NCBI RefSeq assembly: GCF_000315625.1
Contig: NW_005434670.1
Span: forward strand, 941,631 to 1,005,630
DNA: 64,000 nt
Source of the DNA: Guillardia theta CCMP2712
Taxonomy: Eukaryota; Protista; Cryptophyta
Direction: 5' to 3'
Shown: piece by piece, positions 21,955-35,966 of the stretch
How the letters are laid out: each line of letters starts with the position of its first letter
Numbering within the stretch: the first letter of the stretch is position 1
Program-made: the position numbers and the translations under genes
Notes under the pieces: generated by a model
Told to the model about the DNA's origin: nothing
The model's database searches: none
What the model saw: the letters and a program-made list of their open reading frames with translations, nothing else

Positions 21955-24900
21955 ATGGCGGCGAAGACTGAGGGAGGAAAGGGGAGGCCATGGCTGGAAG
22001 AAGGGAACCTGCTGCTCACGTAAGAAGCCATTTGTTACATCCCTTCTATCTATCATCATCCTCATCTCTCCTCCTTCGCTCAGGATGATTGGCATTCACC
22101 ACTCTGCCACCGTCTCAGTGCACTGAACTTCGCGGCTCTGAGTGACCGTCGGGTATGCAGGCCGCGAGAAGCGGAGTGGCTGCTGGGGCCCAACACGTCG
22201 AGCTACGGGAAGAGGACAACGGGCCCCTCGAAGCCGCAAGAAGGCAGTGAGTTGTCAGCCGCTGAAAAGCTTGAGGTGATAGCTCTGCGTCCTTGTAGGT
22301 ACGAGGGAACAATCTTTGCGAGAGTGCGTCGAATCCCTTTCAACCATCGTTGCTGGAGGTGACCATGTGGTGTTCGAATCGCTTGCATCGCTATCTTTCA
22401 CTGTCGTGCATGTCCTCGATGTTGCTGTCATGATCATCCTGGTCGTTGCTGCGACCTCGATCAAGAACGTAGATCCTAGTTCTGATATTTGCTTGCTTGC
22501 TCCTCCTCTCCGTCGCCACCTTCGTCCCTTCGTCCTCCTCCTCCTCCTCAACCTCAGTGCAACTGACTTTCGCTCCCAGTGGAGCGCTCGAGCTCGCTTC
22601 TTTTTGATCAGCTCCAAGTGCGTGAGAGCGTGATGAGAAACATGAAGAAATGGGCTGAGCAGGACCAGGAGAAGGCGATTTCAAGGTGATGAACGCTCTC
22701 AAGTTTGCAAGATTGCAATGAGACAACATGGCAGAAACGATGAAATCATCGAGCTGCGCCAGAGATGCGACGAGGTGATAACATGCAGGTCAAGGGAACA
22801 TGTTGAGACCCTGGCAGTCGAACGAGATGCTGAGAGTGGCAGTGGAGAGCAACAAGGCGCTCAGGGTGCATATGATCACATTGCAGGTGAACTAGAGAGC
22901 TCTATCAGTGAGGTCTGACTTGCTGCTGTTGAAGAGAGATGGGCAGCAGCTGCAGCGGGCGGTTGACGACGCGCGATCAAAGCTCGGTAAATCAGCGACA
23001 ACTTCTGTGAGGTCGCACGTGTTGGATGTGATGTTTTCATGCGGAACAGTCGCAAGTGAGAGGCGATGGAAGGAGAGCACCGTAGAGGAGGCAGCGGCAC
23101 TCCAGCGATGTCGGTAATGAAGGAGGTACAGGGGCGCCCAACTCTGACGTGTCGCAGGAAATCTTTGATCCTAGCGAAAACACTTTCGTCATGGAAGAGC
23201 TGTTTGCTCCTCTCGCAAGACCTTCATCGCGTTCAGCAAGACACCAAGATCGGTAGAGTTGTACGGGTTGAGACGTTCGTATTTCTCACTTTTCTTTTGC
23301 TCAGCGAATCGAATGACGATGCTGTCTTTCTGGAACATGTTCAGGCTTGACATGCAGAGAGCTTTTCGCCGTTGGAAGATATGTTACCTGTTCGGGAGGG
23401 AGCTGGAGTCACGTTGTTTGAATCCTTGGAAGAGAAGTCTTAGCAGAAACAAGAAGAGAATTGTCATGTGGAGGTGGGCAGATGAAGGTTGAATGGTTTG
23501 TTGATCGAGTTTGTTGGTGACGTGGAAAGCAGCACAAAGACACAACAGGCTAATGAAAAGTAAGAAGAAATTGATCAGAGGGGTGAGGAGACGGCTGAAA
23601 GCTTCAAGTTTTCTCCGTTGGTGGAATCAAGTCAAATCGCAGGTAAACACGAAGTCTGATCTCAGCGAGATTTCTCACAAATTGACCAGATGATGAAACG
23701 TTTTATGCCAAATGTGAGAAGAAGGAAGATCACTTGGCAGTACTTCAGAACCTGGTCTGTTTTCACCTCTTGCATCCTGGTACTTCCATGTCTCTGCGAT
23801 TGGTCGCATCCCTTGTGATTTCTGTCAGCACCTACGAAAGTCTGAGAGAAAGAGATTGGTGGAGTGGAAAGTCTGTGCAGAAGAAAGGATCAAGCTCACG
23901 CTCGAATCGTTCAACACGTTGAGGAAGGTCGCGGTCAGATCAGGAGCAGCGAGGAAGCTTGCTGGCCTTCTGCTGGTGATCTTGCTCTACCCCCGTTGGT
24001 TCTTACAGGCACTTGTGCAGAAGTGTTGGAGGAGAAACGCGCTGAGGAGATGCTTCAACGCGCTCAACCAAGTGTCGTGTCACACACAAAGAGTCCAGGG
24101 GGCTCAAAGAAGATCAAAGTTTGCCATCCTGTTCTTCAGCTTGCACATGTGGAGAAGAGAAATCAGCCTTTCCATCCGAACGGACCTGAGGCGAACGATC
24201 GAGACGTCGCAGGATACCGCTTCTCTACTCCATCACTTCAAGAGCTGGGCCAGCATGACTGGCAGGGCCTCGTGGAAACCGACACTCTCATGCAGAGTAC
24301 AACATGTGTTTGCAAGGAGACGGTTTTTGAGATGCGCGTCTCTGTTTCTCAGGTGAGAAATCCACATGTCATTCTGTTCTCGATGCTCTTTCCTTCCCGG
24401 CTCCTGACTTCTCCCTCCCTCCAAATCTGCAGCGTGCTCTACAACAAGATCTTGGCAGGGAGGAAAGTGATCGGCAAACTCCGGCGGCAACAGCTCATCA
24501 AACTTGGCAAGCTCCTGAGGCGGTGGAAGAAGAGTTATGATGAGAAAAGAAGGAGGGGGTTATCATCCTGGATCAGGAGAAGGAGAAGAAATGTGATACG
24601 ATGAGAACTGCACTGAGCCTTCTGACAGCGGCACAGGCGCAAGTCAGGAGGAGAACTCTGCACTCTTGGAGCGATCTTGCTGCCCATGAGAAGTTTGTCA
24701 GGAACTTCACTGTTCACTTGCTGTGCAGATATATGATGAGGAATCTCACGGATGCTTTTCTCATGTGAGAACGACATCTTGGCAAGCCGCTTCTCACTTT
24801 CCACGCAGGTGGTTGGAGACGATGGTCCTCGCCAGGTCCAGACGCCATTTCTTCAAAATGCTCGCAGCTCGCACGAGGAGGAGACGCTGTCGACAGACGC

Positions 24901-25155
24901 TAGCGAGCATGGTAGATGCTCATCTGGGCAAGAGAGCAGGTGAAAGTGTAGGAGGCGTCCTCCTTCAATGACGAGCAGGCAGACGAGCTGAGGGAAGCAG
25001 AGGACAGGCTTGTCGATGCCATCGTTCAGGTGAGGTAAACGATGTAAAGGGAGGGAGGGATAACGAGGACGAGACAGGCGTGTGCTGGAAATGGCACCAC
25101 TAAGGAAATCTTTGAAGCTGCGATTCAGAATGTTCACAGCACAAAGAAGGTAATG
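21955..25155 (+). CDS. Coiled-coil protein with Sfi1-like Trp-periodic repeats, many short exons
   Basis: Recurrent basic helical units ending in (F/L)xxW: TLSSWK, AFRRWK, LNPWK, LVTWK, FLRWW, YFRTWS, LVEWK, LHMWR, FKSWA, LRRWK, LSSWI and LHSWS. Boundaries are approximate. Confidence 0.6.
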
Positions 25156-25377
25156 TCAATAGCTGGAATAAATGTATGACATGTTCATCTGTGACTCTTC
25201 GCTCTCTTTCATGACTCAGTTCTCCCTGGTCTTCTACCTCTCCCTCGCTCTCCCTCTCCCTCCCCCTCCCCCTCCCCCTCCCTCCTCCCTCTCCCTCTCC
25301 CCCTCCCTCTCCCTCTCCCTCTCCCTCTCCCTCTCCCCCTCCCTCTCCCTCTCTCTCTCCCTCGTTCTCTTCCTCTT

Positions 25378-28300
25378 TTATACGATAAGCTCCACTGCAT
25401 CACCGCTGTTATCCAGCTGCAGGCCAATGAACAATCTGCCGTAAGCCTCCTCAATCCGATCGATCGCCATCGCTGCTCCTCCTCGCATCTGCCAAGTAGC
25501 TCAGCTTCCTTCTCCTACCCGCTCGCATCCACCAGCAAGAACGTGACGACCGCAGCGTGCGGGTCAAGCTCAACCGACAAGATGTCTTCCTCTAGCACGT
25601 CTGCGAGGAGTCAGACTGAGCGCATGCTGCTGGCACAAGGTACCGCATCCTCTATTGGCGGACACCAGGACCCCATCCTTCCACATGCCGAAGGTCTGGT
25701 CCACGAGGTAGGATGAAAGCTTGAGGTGCAGCCAATCGCGATCGAGCAGGTTTGCTGCAAAAGAGGTGAGGGAGGGAGATGAAGGAGGAGGAAGAGGCGG
25801 AGAAGAAGAGAAGAGGAGGAGATGAAGGAGGGACAGGGAAGGAAGGGGGGCAAGGAACAGGAGCCGGGAGAGATGATAGGGGTGAGGAAGAGGAGAGATG
25901 ATAGGGAGGGGAGGGGGGTCAAGGAGGAGGGAGAGGCTGAGAGTATACATCGCCTCGAACGGAGAGCGTCGACAAACCCGAGGCGAAACCCTCCTGTCAG
26001 CCTGAGGATACGAAACTTGTTGTGCTTCAGCGTGACGTCACAAGTGCTGGAGCTGCTAACCTTGTACTCGACGGTCCTCCGGCTGTTGGAGATTTCGAGG
26101 AAGAAGTGCGTCAGGTCCTACCAGATACTTTAGGAGCTCCTTCTGTTCCTTGCGAACTCTCACTTGCACTCTTAGCCGATCGTCGCCCCCCTCCGGCGTT
26201 GCGCCGAAGATCATGTCGCACAGCGTGCAAACTTCTGTCTTGGATCGTGTTTGGATACAGATCTCCTGAGAAACATCAACGCCAAGTCATCTCGACCCTC
26301 CCACGTCGCTCCTCCAACACCTCCAATGGTCTTCTTGCTTCCAGCAGGTACCTCTCGAGCAGCTTCCGAGGGATGTAGTCATAGTCTTGCAGACAACCTT
26401 ATAAATGTCATCAGCTCCTTCTCCTCCCCCTCACGCCTCATCCTCCCCCTCACCCTCGAACCAGCTCGTCGGCACAGCCTCCGCCATCCTCTTGGCAACG
26501 GGCCTGGGAGAGTCGACAAACGTCTTGAACATGAACCCCGTCGCAAGCACTCTCCCTCCCCGCCTCTCCTCCAACCCTCCCATCCTCGGTCCGGCACCTC
26601 TGAACACGCTCCTCTCAACAGATCCGTTCATCACTCTCCCCCAACGAATCAAGTCGCTGCGGGTGATGTGTACAACCTTCAGGTGGGTCCGATCGAGCGA
26701 GACCGGGACGAGCCGGTCGGAGAAACTCCCACGGGCGTCATACCTCTCGTACTGCAACAGCATCTCCCCGTACCCTTGCACCTGGTACACTTCTCCAGGC
26801 ACTAGGCTCGTGCCCAAGAACTTTGACACCAGCTCGTACACCCTCCCTCCCTTGACCAGCTCGCTCTCCCTGATACTGACCTGCCCTCCATCCTGCGCCT
26901 GCAGCGGGAGGAAGGTTCGGTCCGGCGCGTGATCCCCATGCAGTGCCCGCCTGAGCTCCACCTGGTTGCAGGTGATGAGGGTGTGGATGGCGAGCAGAAG
27001 TCGCCCTGGTGAAGACTCGCCAGAGCTCTCGATCTCTTGTGCAATCGTGACCAGCAGGCTGCCCAACTCATCGTCCTCTCCAGCTGAACCCTGGTACTCT
27101 TCGTCCAGCTGGTCGTCTGCCGGCATGTCTGCACGGAGCTTGAGGATCTGAGCGACAAGATCCTCGCGCTCGAAGAATTGCTCTACTTCTACTCCTGCAG
27201 CGCGCAGCTCGAACTTCATCTCGGAGACTGACATAGTTGGCGGGTCACGGACCACCTGCAGCAACCTCTCAAGCAGGTCGTTCCTCTCGAACAACCCCTC
27301 GACGGAGATGTTGCGGTCCGCCAACATTTGCCTGCACAGAATGGTCAGGGTTCAGTCAGACTTCAACTTCCCAGCACTTGATCTCAACCACACTCAGCCT
27401 GTCGTAGGCTCGCCGTAATCTCCTCATCCCCTGGTCCGCCGGGTTCTGACTTGCGGCTCTCAGGAGATCGCGGATGGCTCTAAAAGCCGGAACAACTCTC
27501 TTGCTCTCCATCAGCAGCAGGTTGCGGAGGCTCTGCTTCAAAAGCCCCGTCCCTCTGTCCTCGCTGTCGTCCTGCGGCCCAGAATGCCTCCAGACAGTGA
27601 TCGCTCCGTCGCTCGCTCCTGCAGTCACGATCGTCCCTGGATGAGCAGAGAAGGAGATGGAGCATATCATGGATCCGTGCATGGATGAGGACACGAGAAT
27701 CGGTCCCTCGACATGATCGCAATACCTCAGGAAAGAGAGCTTGTCGACGACTTCTCGATCCTCTACCGACGTCAGGAGCCTGGAGAGCAGGTACATGGCA
27801 CTCTCCGCCTCCTCCTCGCTGTCTTTCTGCTGAACTGCCTGTAGGAACACGAGGCTGAACACCTGACGACTTGTGTGCGACCAGAGCTTGATCCTGCTCA
27901 TGACAGTCAGGCTGTTTAAGAGGAGAGGAGAGCTCCACCTGCGGGAGGAGATATGGAGCAACTTAGCAACGTCTTCTATCAGGCCCAACTCGAAATCGTT
28001 TGTCACTCGCTCGTATCCTATGTCCCTCTCGAACTCTCCGGTCATCACCAGCCAGACGCCGCGATGGTCAGCGACGGGAAACTCTGTGAGCATCAGCCTC
28101 CCTTCGGCATCCGCCATGGCCAGCTTTGTCCCTCTCATCGCCATGGTCTTGAACTTGACGCTGCTCGAGTTCTGTATCGAGCTAACGGCTGGTCCGATCG
28201 GCGAGGTGTGTGAGTGAAAGTCTGCCAGGTCGGAATCGGCAGCCCTCACGAGCTTCAGGGTCTTGACGTTCCAGAGGTTCACGTGCAACGAGCGATCGTG

Positions 28301-31300
28301 ACAGGCCTGTACGCTGACGTTGTCTTTCATCCAGTCGAGGCTGAGAACAGCTTCGTCCGCCCTCGATGAGTCCTGGCAGCTGCCCAGGTAGATGTGCGAA
28401 GGCTCGTTCAGTTTCAGCAGCTCTACCAGCAGCCTTGCTTCCTCGTTCCTCAGCCCGTCAAGGTTTCTCTGCAGCATCTCGAGCTGTTTGACGTTGGCCG
28501 CGTAAGTCTCTTCCAGCTCAGCGATCCTCTCACCGATCTGATCTGTCTTGCGCAACTTGAACGCCTCCAGCGCCTCCACTTGCTCGTCGAATCGTTTCCT
28601 CCGAGACATTGACACCTCACACCTGTGAACACAGATGTTGAGCTCTCCCTGAATCTTGTCCGTTTCTTTGGCGAGTTTCTTGGCTTCATCCGCCAACCCT
28701 CGAGCTTGGTTGATGTCGTCAGTCCCGATGCACTGACTCAATAGTCAGACACCATCTTCCGCATCGCCTTCACTTACCTTGAGACACTGAAACAACTGCA
28801 GCAAGAGGCGAGCGTCGACTTTACCGACAAGTTCTTCAGCCTTGAATTGAGCTAGCCTGTCAATGCACTCCAGCTTTCTGATCAAGAATTCATCGAGCTC
28901 CGCCTTCCACGCGCCTCTCACTGAAGCTTCGGGGAAACTTCTCGAGAAGTTCTCTTGGATGTGATACTTGATGTCTTCCAGCGACTCCGCGGCGTATTCA
29001 AGAGCCTCCTGCACCAACAGGATCGACTGCTCCCTCAGCTTAGGTCGGTTCGCGTACGCGTTCCTCAGAGGGGGCCGGTCGGTGAGCAGGGCATACTTCC
29101 TGAGCTGCTTGAGGTTAGACGACTTGGCGTGAGGTTGACAGCAAGTCTGGATGAGAGTAGCGAGCAAGACGCCGTCTGCAAAGTCCCAGTGAATGCAATC
29201 AAAGTCCAGCGAAAGCTTGAAGATCTCTTCTGCCCAGCGCTTGAAAGCCACGTGACCGTGGGTGTCGAAGATGTCGATCAACCCACTCGCAGTCCCCACC
29301 GCCAAGTGATTGCCGTCTGGAGAGTAGCGAACGCAAGTGAGAGATGTGAATCTTTGCAGGAAGTCGATCTGGTGGATGGGCTTCAGATCAGCATCGAGTA
29401 TCATACACCTCTTGTTGGCTGCTACTGCAATGTGACTGCCGTTGGGCGATATGTCAGCAGAGGTCACCGACGAGTGGAGGTGACAAAAGTCGACGCAGGT
29501 CAAACGTTGACTGTCCCACTTCTGTATGAACCCATGGTATGTCGCTGTGAGGAACCAGGGAGACGTCGGGTTGCAGCAGACGTTCACCACGTGCTGACGA
29601 GGCACTCCCTCGCAGACCTTGTAGCCCAGCTGGAACCGATCCCACGAGCTCATGACGAAGAGAGAGCCGCAGCTAGGCTGGATCAAGACGCTCTGGTCGA
29701 AGAAGTCAAACGAGCACCCGACGGCAGCATGCTTCTCTTCCGACGGTTGAGGGTCACCCAACGAGACCGAAAGACTCGCAACCTGCTCGATGAAAATGTT
29801 CGGCTCCTCGCTCAAGTGAACCTGCCGTCCGTCGCACACGAAGTAGAAGGTTTTAGACTTGATTGCTGGAGGCTTTCCATATGCGGATGTAGGAAATTGC
29901 AACTTGTGTCTGAGAGTATCCAGAGAGTCTTCGCCAGCCATTGCCACAACGTCCAAAGTGACAACATCGGAAACGATCGGAACGAAATATCGCATGACTT
30001 TCTTCGTCTGGAAATTCCAAATCTTTGACAAGCCGCTGCCCTCACAAGTCAGAATGCAAGAGTCTTGATCAAAGGTATTGTGGACGATGATTCTCGAGAT
30101 GCTGCAATGATGCATGTGATACACTCTCATCAATCGACCGAACTCAAACTCGTAGATGTTCCCTAGTTCACATCCGAACACCACTCGCTGGTAACCGACG
30201 TATGCAGCAGCGGTCATGGAGGGGACGGAAAGGTGGTCCGCTGCTTCCCCGGCCCTCACTGAGAAGTTCCATGACAAGTCTCCGCCCGTCCGCGTCATCT
30301 TGACAAAGTCTGGAAGTCCAATGCCGAAAGTGACGAACTCAGGTGACGAGACTCGTGCGAAGGGATCAAAAACCAAGTGATCGAGGAACTCAGTGAAGGT
30401 GAACCTTCCTATCACTGCCTCGCGCTCATAACTGAGAATGAAGACGAAGCTCTTCTTGCCGCGACCCAGCAAAGCTACATCACAACTCTTCGGAAGGAAC
30501 TGGATCTCCTGTATCTTGACCTGAAACAAGGAATCAATCGCAACCCTTTTGTGCACTTCCAGGCTTATGACGTCCCAGATGATTATGGTTCTTTTGGTAC
30601 GAACGCTCAAAGTGCACACTCTCTGTCTTTGGACATCCAGGTCAACCGATACAATCTCGTCGTTACCGTGTTCGAGAAAGTGTCGCTGACTGTTGTTCCT
30701 CTTGTCAGACAGAACTGCAGTCGACCGATGGATCGAGAGGTATTCCCCAGTGCACACCACAAAAATATTTGTTGAATGATGACTGCGCCTCCCATGCAAT
30801 GAGTGGACGCGGAGAGATTGGCCTCGATAGACGAACATCTCAGAGTCCAACTCGTCTTCACGGAAAGCTTCAAAGTCGTCGACCTTGAGTCGCTGCTTGT
30901 CGTAGCTGACGGTAGTTTGCTTCTCCTCCTTGTGGGAACTAGCAGGCAACTCTGATATCTTGCGGTGGCTCTGGATGGTCTTCTGCACAAGCTTCCATTG
31001 TACAACACTCCCTTCCCCGTGAGAGCAAGTCAAGAGATGGTTGCCGACGAACGAGAGAGCGCTGACTTGAGCTGTGTGACATGTGTACTTCATGCTGTGA
31101 GGATCACGAGACGTGCAAGGGAACCTACAAACAATTACGTCTGATCCAGAGCTGTAGCTCAGAGTGTCTTTGAAGAGCATACTTCTGTCTACTTGCAATG
31201 TTGTCCTGTCGTTTGACGTATCTTCATCGTTGACAATCTCCAGAACAGATTGCTCCATCGTACAAGAGTGCGAGGCCCACTTGACATCTAGAGGGATTTC

Positions 31301-34300
31301 TCCTCCTCTCCGACTTGTGCAGGAAACAGGTGAGTGGTTGTTGTAATGTATTCCCCAGAACAAGAGCTCTTTGCTCGCAGAGTTTGCCCTGACATAATTC
31401 GAGTCGAGCGACCAGTCCAAGTACAAGATGGATGCTGTCGATCCTGACATTTTCATGAACTTTTCAGCAAGATTGTGAGACCTGCGAATATGGACAAAGT
31501 GATCTCCAGTCGACAATGCCAAGAGCTGGTCGTTTGGAGCAAATTTCACACCGATCACGCTCTTGCCACATTTCAAAGCTGCTGAGAGGATTTGGAAAGT
31601 CAGTTTCCCTCCTTTCAAGAGCTTCTGAGAAAATTCAGCCTCCAGATCTACCTCGACCATTTTAGATTCCATCTTGAAATTGACATGAGTGATTTGGCGA
31701 CTCTCAATTTTCTTGGACAGCTGCTTCTCAAATAGTAGTTCTTTCTTCTGACCTTCCGAAATCAGACCATTCTTCTTCAGGATGTCCATTTCCGCAATGA
31801 ACAATCGTCTTCGCTTTATGGACGACTTGTTGTCATTGTGTAAAATCCCCTTTCGAATTCTCTTCGTCCTGTGTGTATGGAGCTCAGCTTCAAGGTCCAA
31901 GATTTCATGTTGTAGTTTTTCCTGCTGCAACACAATTGTTTTATCAGCAACCTTTCGATCTTTACGAGTCCGTTTCTCATGGTCTAAGAGCTTTTTGAGT
32001 TCAATCTGTCTGGAATTGATGTCATTCAGCAACTTCTTCTCATATTCTGTCCAAGTAACTCCCTCTAGAGACAGTCGCATCCCTCCGTTAAATATTGAGG
32101 TGATCGAAACGTCATTTTCTGAAGTGACATGTTGAATGTCAGTAAATGTTTCGACGTCGATAACGACAATGTTTCCATCCTTCAAGCCTATCACACAACT
32201 GAGCCCATCGTACGAGAAGCACATGCTCAAGATCGACGATTTGTACTTATTTCTTCTCATGCACTTTCTGTCTGCAAGATTCCACAGCGCAGCGACTCCG
32301 TCATCAGAGCCACTGACAAACTTGGTGTCATCCATTGGAGAAATGCTCAATGCTAGGACGCTTTCCTTTGAAGGTGAGTCCATCACCAAGATCAGCTCCC
32401 TTGTTCTATCTCGACACCTGTAAAGAATGTTTTGGTCCGTTCCAATCAGAACCGTACTTGCAACCTTGTCAGACTGATTCCTGGTTTGGTCCATGAAATG
32501 AAATCCAGTAGACTTCATGACTCCTGGAAAGTTTGAGATCGCAACTCCATATTGCTTCACTTGAGACTGATACAGACGAGGTATGTTTTGCTCATGGACT
32601 TTGGTAACAGAGAAGGATACTCCTTTGCCCTCTACTTCATGTCGTTTCCACATGCTGAAAACAATCGAACCGTCTGATCCTGAAGACATCAGGTAATGCA
32701 CGTCCGACATCGCACTATCCCAAGTCAGAGACATATCAATAACACTATCCTTATGCATTGCACAGATATCCACTATTTGACATCCTTTCCAAACGTATAT
32801 ATTCCCGTCCTCCATTCCTGTCAAAAATTCATCTACCCCACAAACAGCCACACAGAAAATAGTCTGCATTTTGATCTGACCATCCAATGGAAAATCATCA
32901 TTCCACTTCCAATAGCTCTTTCCATTAACTACTTCTGAATATCTTTGCGTACAAACCAAAGTGTTTTTCTTGTAACATTCATCAATGTGAAATGCACGAG
33001 CGCTGGCATCTCGAAGCTTCATCCGAATGGTTTCTTGCTGATGAATGTCTTCATAGCTATGCAGGATTCGATGAATCGCATTCATGGACCACCGAAAATA
33101 CGGATTTTGACTGAAACCTCTTCTTGGAAACGATTTCTCTTGGAGTTTGCGTTTGAATTGATCACAAAGGAATGAAAAGGCTTGTTCCAAACTTTTGAAT
33201 GTATCCAACGTTTTCTGCCACTGTAGCAGATCAGCATGAATGACAAAGTCTTTGATGTAAGAAGTCACTTTCAAGGCCAGAATGTAGGCTTGCACTGCAG
33301 AACGGAAATCATTGCCTTGGCTTGCGTCATCAGCCAAAGTAACAAGATCGCACAATAGTTCATATGCGGGCTGAATATCAACGTCTGTGTACTCATACTC
33401 TTTGACTGAATGAACATGTCGAAGAATTTCCAACTCCAAGTCAATGACTTCCATGAACAGGTCGCTATCTGCTGTACAAAAATTGGTCCACTGTTCAAGT
33501 CTGTTATGCCCACAGACAAAGATCAAGTCTTCATGTGGATGCACCGCTATTGAACTGATCTTGTTGACACCCAAGCACGCAAAGGTTTTCAGACCAATCG
33601 GTTCCTGCTCAAGATCAAATATGACTAGGTATTGAAACCCTGCTATCAAAAACACAGCGATCATGTCAAGTCCATTCCTTCCGAATTCCAGGGCGAGAAC
33701 AACAACTGGTTGCCCTGCATCTATTTTCCGGTCGATAGGGCTCCATTCTTTTACACGTATGAAGCGACGTGAGTATTGGTCATCATGAAGCAAGGTCCAG
33801 ATGATGATGGAAGGCTTCTCGTCATCTACGTTCAGCTCATGCCCCGTTGCGATGATATTTCCAGAAGGATGCAACGCAGCACAGGTAATTCTCTGATTTG
33901 TTTCCTGCAGAACCAACTGGCGATTTGTAATGTAATCAAGGACGACTCCTGTCGCACCGACAAAATAGAACACACAATTTTCCTTTGACAAGATGAAAAT
34001 TCGGCATGAAAACTTACTTCCGCCGAAGCCATACACGTGCTCCATCTCCAACTCTCGACGCACACTGAGGTCTTGCGCTTCACCTTCCAGCTCCATGTCG
34101 GTCTGGCTGATGTTTTTGCGCCAGGGCTCGAGGATCTCAAAGGTGTCAGACGCAGAGTCATGAGCTGAAGGCTCTTCCTCCCCCGGACGCTGGTGTGCCA
34201 CAAGAGTTTGATGCATTCTTCGTAGATGAGGATGGGCGTCTTCACGACGTCTCGACTCCTCTCCTCGACAAGAACACTTCCACAGGTTCATGAATACCCG

Positions 34301-35227
34301 AAGGATGAAATGTTTCAAGCTGTGCTCTTTCTCTTGTAGGTTGCTGTGGACAGAATGCAAGAAGTTGAGGTCATCTTTGTTCTTCCGATATTCTTCCTTC
34401 AGTTTCCTGGGTGCAAACAGCAATGTCACACAGAGGGCAAAGCTGCGAAAGCAAATCAAAACCTGAGCTCGTCAGCCTTCTGATAGAATTCGAGCTGTTT
34501 GCTGTTGTGGAGAGAGAGCTCCAGGTCTTGATGGTTGTACGCGTCACGCAGCTCTGAAGTAGCTCTTTCGCGCTTGCTCGTGTAGTCCTGCAGGAAATGC
34601 GCATGATCTTGCGAAGAATCGTGAAGCTTCTTCTTCCACCATTGGATGGATGCTTTCGTCTTCCAGTTGAACCCGGAGACTGTTGCATGTCCTGCCGAGG
34701 AGGAGGAGAAATCGTAGTCCTCATGAAGCGATGTCAGCTGGTCAATGCTATAAGTCTTTTCTTTGATCTCCTTGGTTAGCCTTAAGATGCAGACCCTACA
34801 CTTGTCATCTATCAGCTGCTGGATGCCTTGGCGATTTCGTATAACTTCGACAATAGATCCTAACAACGCATTCCTGTCTTTGTCGCTTGCAATTTCTTCA
34901 ACATTCGGTACGTAACGCACTTGAGAAGCAGACGTGATTTCTTTGAGTTCTTGCTCTCTGTCATGTAGATTTGACGTAGGTATCACCTCTCTTGCTGTGT
35001 GAGGAAGTTCGAGCTCCAGGATCTGTTCTTGGCTCCTCTTCAGTTTGACAACATCGTCGGAGAGGTACCATGACAGTGTCGTCAAGTTGCACAGTTCTGA
35101 TATTGTGGAGTTTGACATGTCAGAGTGAAGCAAGTTTGGATCTTTTAGGTGTGAGTGACAGGTTCCTAGTACATTCACCTTCTCCTCACCTTCCCGCCAC
35201 CTTCATCCCTCGATTATGCGAAACCAT
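25378..35227 (-). CDS. Giant EML-like WD40 protein (HELP-like motif, multiple beta-propellers, coiled coils) with C-terminal tandem SAP-like motifs
   Basis: ORFs 34456-35178, 28745-34459, 27356-28741 and 26431-27327 are joined by short GT-AG introns (ELR|KLKEE, CLK|CIG, EIK|QML). EML hallmarks: LEMEHVYGF..YFVGATGVV, LDWSLDSNYVRANS..ELLFW, KWASHSCT, RFPC and Q.HFLEH..EI. Stop at 25378; the start is approximate. Confidence 0.8.
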
Positions 35228-35966
35228 GGCGGGGCTTGTGAACCACCAGGCAAGGGGCCTAATTCCGAAGTTCGCGGGGCACTTCGGATCGCCGCCGGGC
35301 AGTGAGAGGCCGGGCCCGCACCCGGGCGCGACCGGGGCCGCCCGGAGAATCATGGCCGGGCCACCCACTGCGGCCTCCGGCGCTGAGTGACGGACTAGAG
35401 TCGGGCCTGCTCAAGACTCTACTCTCCTGATTGTCCTCGTACTGATTTTTAACACCGTCGATGCTCACTGCCGGCCCGCCGGCATGCCGGGACCGGGCCG
35501 GGCCGGGCCGCGGGCGCCGGCGCCGCCCCCCGGCCCCCGGCCCGCCGCCGCCGCACTGCCGCTGAGTGCTTCAGGTGAAGTGTCAAAGATCGTTTTTGAC
35601 GGTTACGATAGTTTGACTGATTTGACCCTGGATGGGTGGGTCCGTTTTCCTTAGCTGCAAAGGGTGGGGAGGTCGTCTCGGGACCGGTCCATTCCTAGTC
35701 ATTTCGATAGGTACCAAATTATTTGTGCATGCGACCCCTCTTCCAGCGCTATTTCAGTGGGGTGGTAGTCGAGGGGGGTAGGGCTACCACTAGCGCTGAA
35801 AGGCCGCCTCTTGGACATGCTGAGATGAGAGAGCGGAGGAGCGACAGGTCAGGAGCAGAGGAGAGAGGAGAGGAGAGGAGCTCGTAGAGCTACAGGAGGA
35901 GGTAGGGACAAGACCGAGCCCTTGAAATCCTGCCTATCGATATCCTTCCTGATCTGATACAAGACC

